NCBI GenBank assembly: GCA_013265495.1
Contig: MU063101.1
Span: forward strand, 3,458,276-3,522,275
DNA: 64,000 bases
Reading direction: 5' to 3'
Origin: Vicugna vicugna
Taxonomy: Eukaryota
Position 1 is the stretch's first letter. Each line of letters begins with the position of its first letter. Below are positions 60,736-64,000 of this stretch, piece after piece. Made by a program: the position numbers and the translations under genes. The notes under the pieces are model-generated. The model did no database searches. It was not told where the DNA came from and worked only from the letters and a program-made list of their open reading frames with translations.

Positions 60736-61249
60736 CCCCCTTCTTGACTCCTCTCGGACTTTCAGGATCCGAGAAGTGGGATTGGTGGGTCGAAGGTTGC
60801 AGCGAAAGGAAGGGCCTTGTAAATCGCAGGCTGAAACAGCCCGACTGCAGGTCAAAGCTCCACGTTTCATCCACATGCAGCCACAGCACTTTACAAACCA
60901 CAGCATAAACCCTCAGAATAATTCCATTCCCCGTGGGGGAGAGAACATTGATATTAATATAACTTTACAAACATGGTTCTTTTGAAAGCTTCATCTAACC
61001 TGACCACAGCTCATTAGAGGACCTTGTAACAATCGCGAGGCAGCTTGTGGATTCTGCAGCAGACGCGCTGTCATGGGCTGACGGGCACCTGGGCGGACCC
61101 TCCCCCCATCCCATCCCACGCAGCCATGAAGATGATCTCTGCCCACGCCCCCAGCTGAAGACCTGAGGGCTTTACTTCTGGAAGATGCGGAAAGATTTCT
61201 TTTGTTCCTTCTCTGCTGCATTCTTACCTTCAGATCATGTCTGGTGTTT

Positions 61250-61410
61250 TGCAGTGGGGCAGCGCTGGCATTTGGGGCCACACGATTCTTTGGTGCAAGT
61301 GACAGTCCCTTACATTATAGGGTGTTCAGGTACCCAGCCCCACTCACTGTGTCGCGGGGGCCCGCTAGTCATTCTTACAACAGATGCCTTCCTCTGTCTC
61401 CCAACTTCTC
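61250..61410 (-). mobile_element. Degenerate MER20-like fragment
   Basis: GGCATTTGGGGCCACACGATTCTTTGGTG ... TCCCTTACATTATAGGGTGTTCAG. Confidence 0.5.
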
Positions 61411-61639
61411 TTTTTCGCACTTCATCCCTTGATCCCACTCAGATTGGTATGTTTCCTCTTCCTCTTTTATATGCTTTATTTAAATACACACTATCTTGCT
61501 GCGTGGACTTTGGCTGTGAAGTCTCTGTGATAATGCAGTGATTTTCAGCTGGGATTGGAAAGGGCCGGAAAGAGGGAGGCTAGTTAGTGGGGTGATTATA
61601 CTCAGGCTGGAAGGGGTCATTTGCGTCTTTTTAGTAGAA

Positions 61640-61830
61640 TAACAGTGGTGGTTAATGGTTGGGCTTCTGAGGCCAGAAGACCTGGGTTCAAATTCTTCAC
61701 CTCCTTTTACAAGCTTGTGACCTTGGGCAAGTTATTAACCTCTTTATGTTATCATAAATGCAGGATAATTATGGTTCCTACTGCGCTGTTCTGACATAAG
61801 GAGTAAATGAAACTTTCTGAGACCCTTCGT
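61640..61830 (+). mobile_element. MIR
   Basis: GGTGGTTAATGG ... GACCTGGGTTCAAATTC ... TGTGACCTTGGGCAAGTTATTAACCTCT. Confidence 0.85.
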
Positions 61831-61845
61831 GCCTGACACAGAATG

Positions 61846-61848
<3 letters not shown>

Positions 61849-61880
<32 letters not shown>
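61849..61880 (+). repeat. (TG)16 microsatellite
   Basis: Counted directly. Confidence 0.95.
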
Positions 61881-61884
<4 letters not shown>

Positions 61885-62619
61885 GTCCACAGCTCCTGCT
61901 AGGCAAAGGGATACTTGACGCAGATCTTCTGGGCAGGGGAGGATAATCAGAGAGCAGGTGGGGAAACTTTTAGGACAAAAGGATTAGGAAGGTTAGGGCT
62001 CATGTTGTAGGCAAACCAGCACAGCACAGCCCCTAATCGGATCACATCCTCCTGTTGGCCTGGTTGCCCGGGGGACCCAAGCAGGGGCACCTCTGCCGCA
62101 GGGGGAGGAGGGGGAGCTGGGAGCAGGAGCCAGTCCCCAGGAGGGAGGAGAGCCTTGTGGCCTGGCCCTGCCCCGGGGAGAGTCTTGCTGGACCCCCTTC
62201 CTTTTCATGGAAACCCAGAGGAGGGCTAAGATCAAGGCGTGGGTCACACCTTGAAGCTCTTCGTCCTTGTCTTCCCAGAAGGATTAAAAATTGGAAGAAG
62301 GAAGAATAAGAAAAAAGAAGATTTTTTTTCAGACACTGTGCTAACAGATACCAGCACATGTGAGACTCACAGCTGCCCAGAGGGCCGATCCAGAAGCCCC
62401 AGCTCAGGGAGACTAAAGGCTTAATTTCCTCTTTATCTAATACGTATTTCTGCCAGTGGCACGTATCTTCTGTTCAGTGTGGGTACCTACGCTACTATGA
62501 TCCTCCCTCCCCAGTGCTGCCGGAAAGTCAGTGGCACATGTTACACTTGAAAATATGCTAAGCAGGGATAATAATAAGTATTAAAACAGACATGTATTAA
62601 ATAACCATGTTCTATTTAA

Positions 62620-62770
62620 TTAATTCATTTCTCTAATACTCGTAATAACCCAATGAGGTAGGTTCGGTTATTGTACCCACTCTACAGGTGAGAAAACTGA
62701 GGCATAAAAATTAACTAACCTACCCTGCATCCCACAGCTGGTTAGAGGCAGAGCTGAGATTCGGCAGGTT
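62620..62770 (-). mobile_element. MIR
   Basis: ACCCAATGAGGTAGG ... CTCTACAGGTGAGAAAACTGAGGCA ... CACAGCTGGTTAGAGGCAGAGCTGAGATTC. Confidence 0.85.
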
Positions 62771-64000
62771 TCCCAGGATAACACAGCTAAGAAGCAGTGG
62801 ATCTGGGATTTGAACCAGGGCCTCTTGGACTCCCAAATCTATATATACTCTTTGCCCTACATCATACGGAATCCATCACCTGGTCCTTCCCTCATTGTTC
62901 CGGTCTCTGTCCCCAGAATGTTGAGACCTGCTATTCAGATAGTTTCAGAACAGAACTTGCTTGGATGGGACTTGTCCTCATCATGGCCTCCACCCTCCTC
63001 ACGGCGTGGACTGTGTCCTCGTGGTGCTGCTTTTGTCTGGGCTTTCGCCGGAGGTGGCAAACGCGGATATTGTCAAAGGGACTCAAAAAATGAGGAGAGT
63101 GGCCACGACAGCCAGCACAGTCCTTTAATACCGTCTTCTGAGTAGCCTGGTGAATGAAGCCCTCCAAAAAAAAAAATCTTCAGAATTCGCCATTTTGTTG
63201 AAGAATTTAAATCCATTGAGTCAAACACAGTTAGTGTGGACAGCCTAGTCTGAAGTCAAAACTGTTTTGAACAAAGAGCCTACCGTTCATTTACTCAACA
63301 AGTTATTTTCAATACCCACCGCTGCGGTGGGCAGTGGTAATCCACAGAGGAGCAGAGCTTGTCCACGGGGCCAAGATCTGGAATGAACGGTACATGTGTG
63401 AGAATTACCCAGACCCCCAGTTTCCATGACCTGTGTGTTCCTGTTGTCTTCGCCCCAGATTGACCAGAGGACGCGAGCCAAGCTTCTGTCCACTTGGATT
63501 TTAGCATCTTTCTCTGACCACGCCTCTCGGGTGTTCTGCACCAGTTCTGCAAACTCTCCAGGCCCCCGTCCGGCAGTGCCAGCCTGTACCTGCCTCCCCC
63601 TGGGACTCAAGGTGGCACCCAGCCTGGGCTCAACCTCCCAGCACCTTGGTGATTCATATGTGACCGGGAGAATGTTCCAATCTTTCCCAGAAAAGCTTTC
63701 ACAGCAGAGTGGGAGTTGAGAAAGACAAATAACCAAGATAGGAGTTAGAGGAGGCATGAATGACCAATTTGGGTTGCTAATTCCTCCAGCTAATTTAATT
63801 CTGATTTTCCCGTGTTCCTGGCAACGATCCAGTCAACTCCAGAGGAAGGTGATGAGAAGCTAACCATCAGGAAAGGATCAAAAAATTATTACATTTCTCG
63901 ATAACAGTTTGGCTATAGGGGCTTCCCTTTAAACTTCAAACTTTAAAGAGCTATGAGGTTGATCTGTCCCTAGCACTGATGGTGAAATATTTATGTTGTT

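Noticed and set aside
63315-63331. Palindrome CCCACCGC-T-GCGGTGGG (also AATTGCA-N5-TGCAATT at 58388-58406)
   Set aside because: Arms of 7-8 bp are expected by chance at this window size.
1-64000. CRISPR arrays, operons, prokaryotic or viral systems, NUMTs, snoRNA genes; a specific host gene name
   Set aside because: I saw no regularly spaced repeats, gene-dense regions, mitochondrial similarity or convincing C/D or H/ACA structures. No exon is present to identify the gene, so none is named.

Overview
This is mammalian genomic DNA, most likely from a camelid. Two tRNA-Ala-derived SINE copies resemble camelid vic-1, three young L1 3' ends are of cetartiodactyl type, and I saw no Alu, B1, BovB/Bov-tA, PRE-1 or CAN-SINE. 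I found no protein-coding exon I can support. Every ORF in the track appears to be chance, low-complexity, N-spanning or degenerate L1. The window looks like part of a very large intron or gene desert, and L1/LTR orientation hints at a host transcript on the + strand. It holds ancient repeats (MIR, L2, L1M, MLT1, MER2/5/20/58/63), two solo ERV1-like LTRs with perfect 4-bp TSDs, microsatellites and ten N-runs. Between the repeats are repeat-free, motif-dense blocks that look like developmental enhancers (PBX-HOX/MEIS, FOX and CDX/HOX cores). There is also an orphan CpG island ending in a near-consensus CTCF site, and a perfect IR1 (FXR-type) element. I cannot name the locus from memory, and I found no evidence of a genuinely new biological system. 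The best lead is a genomic-regulatory-block-like enhancer array. Repeat family names come from recalled consensus sequences and boundaries are approximate.
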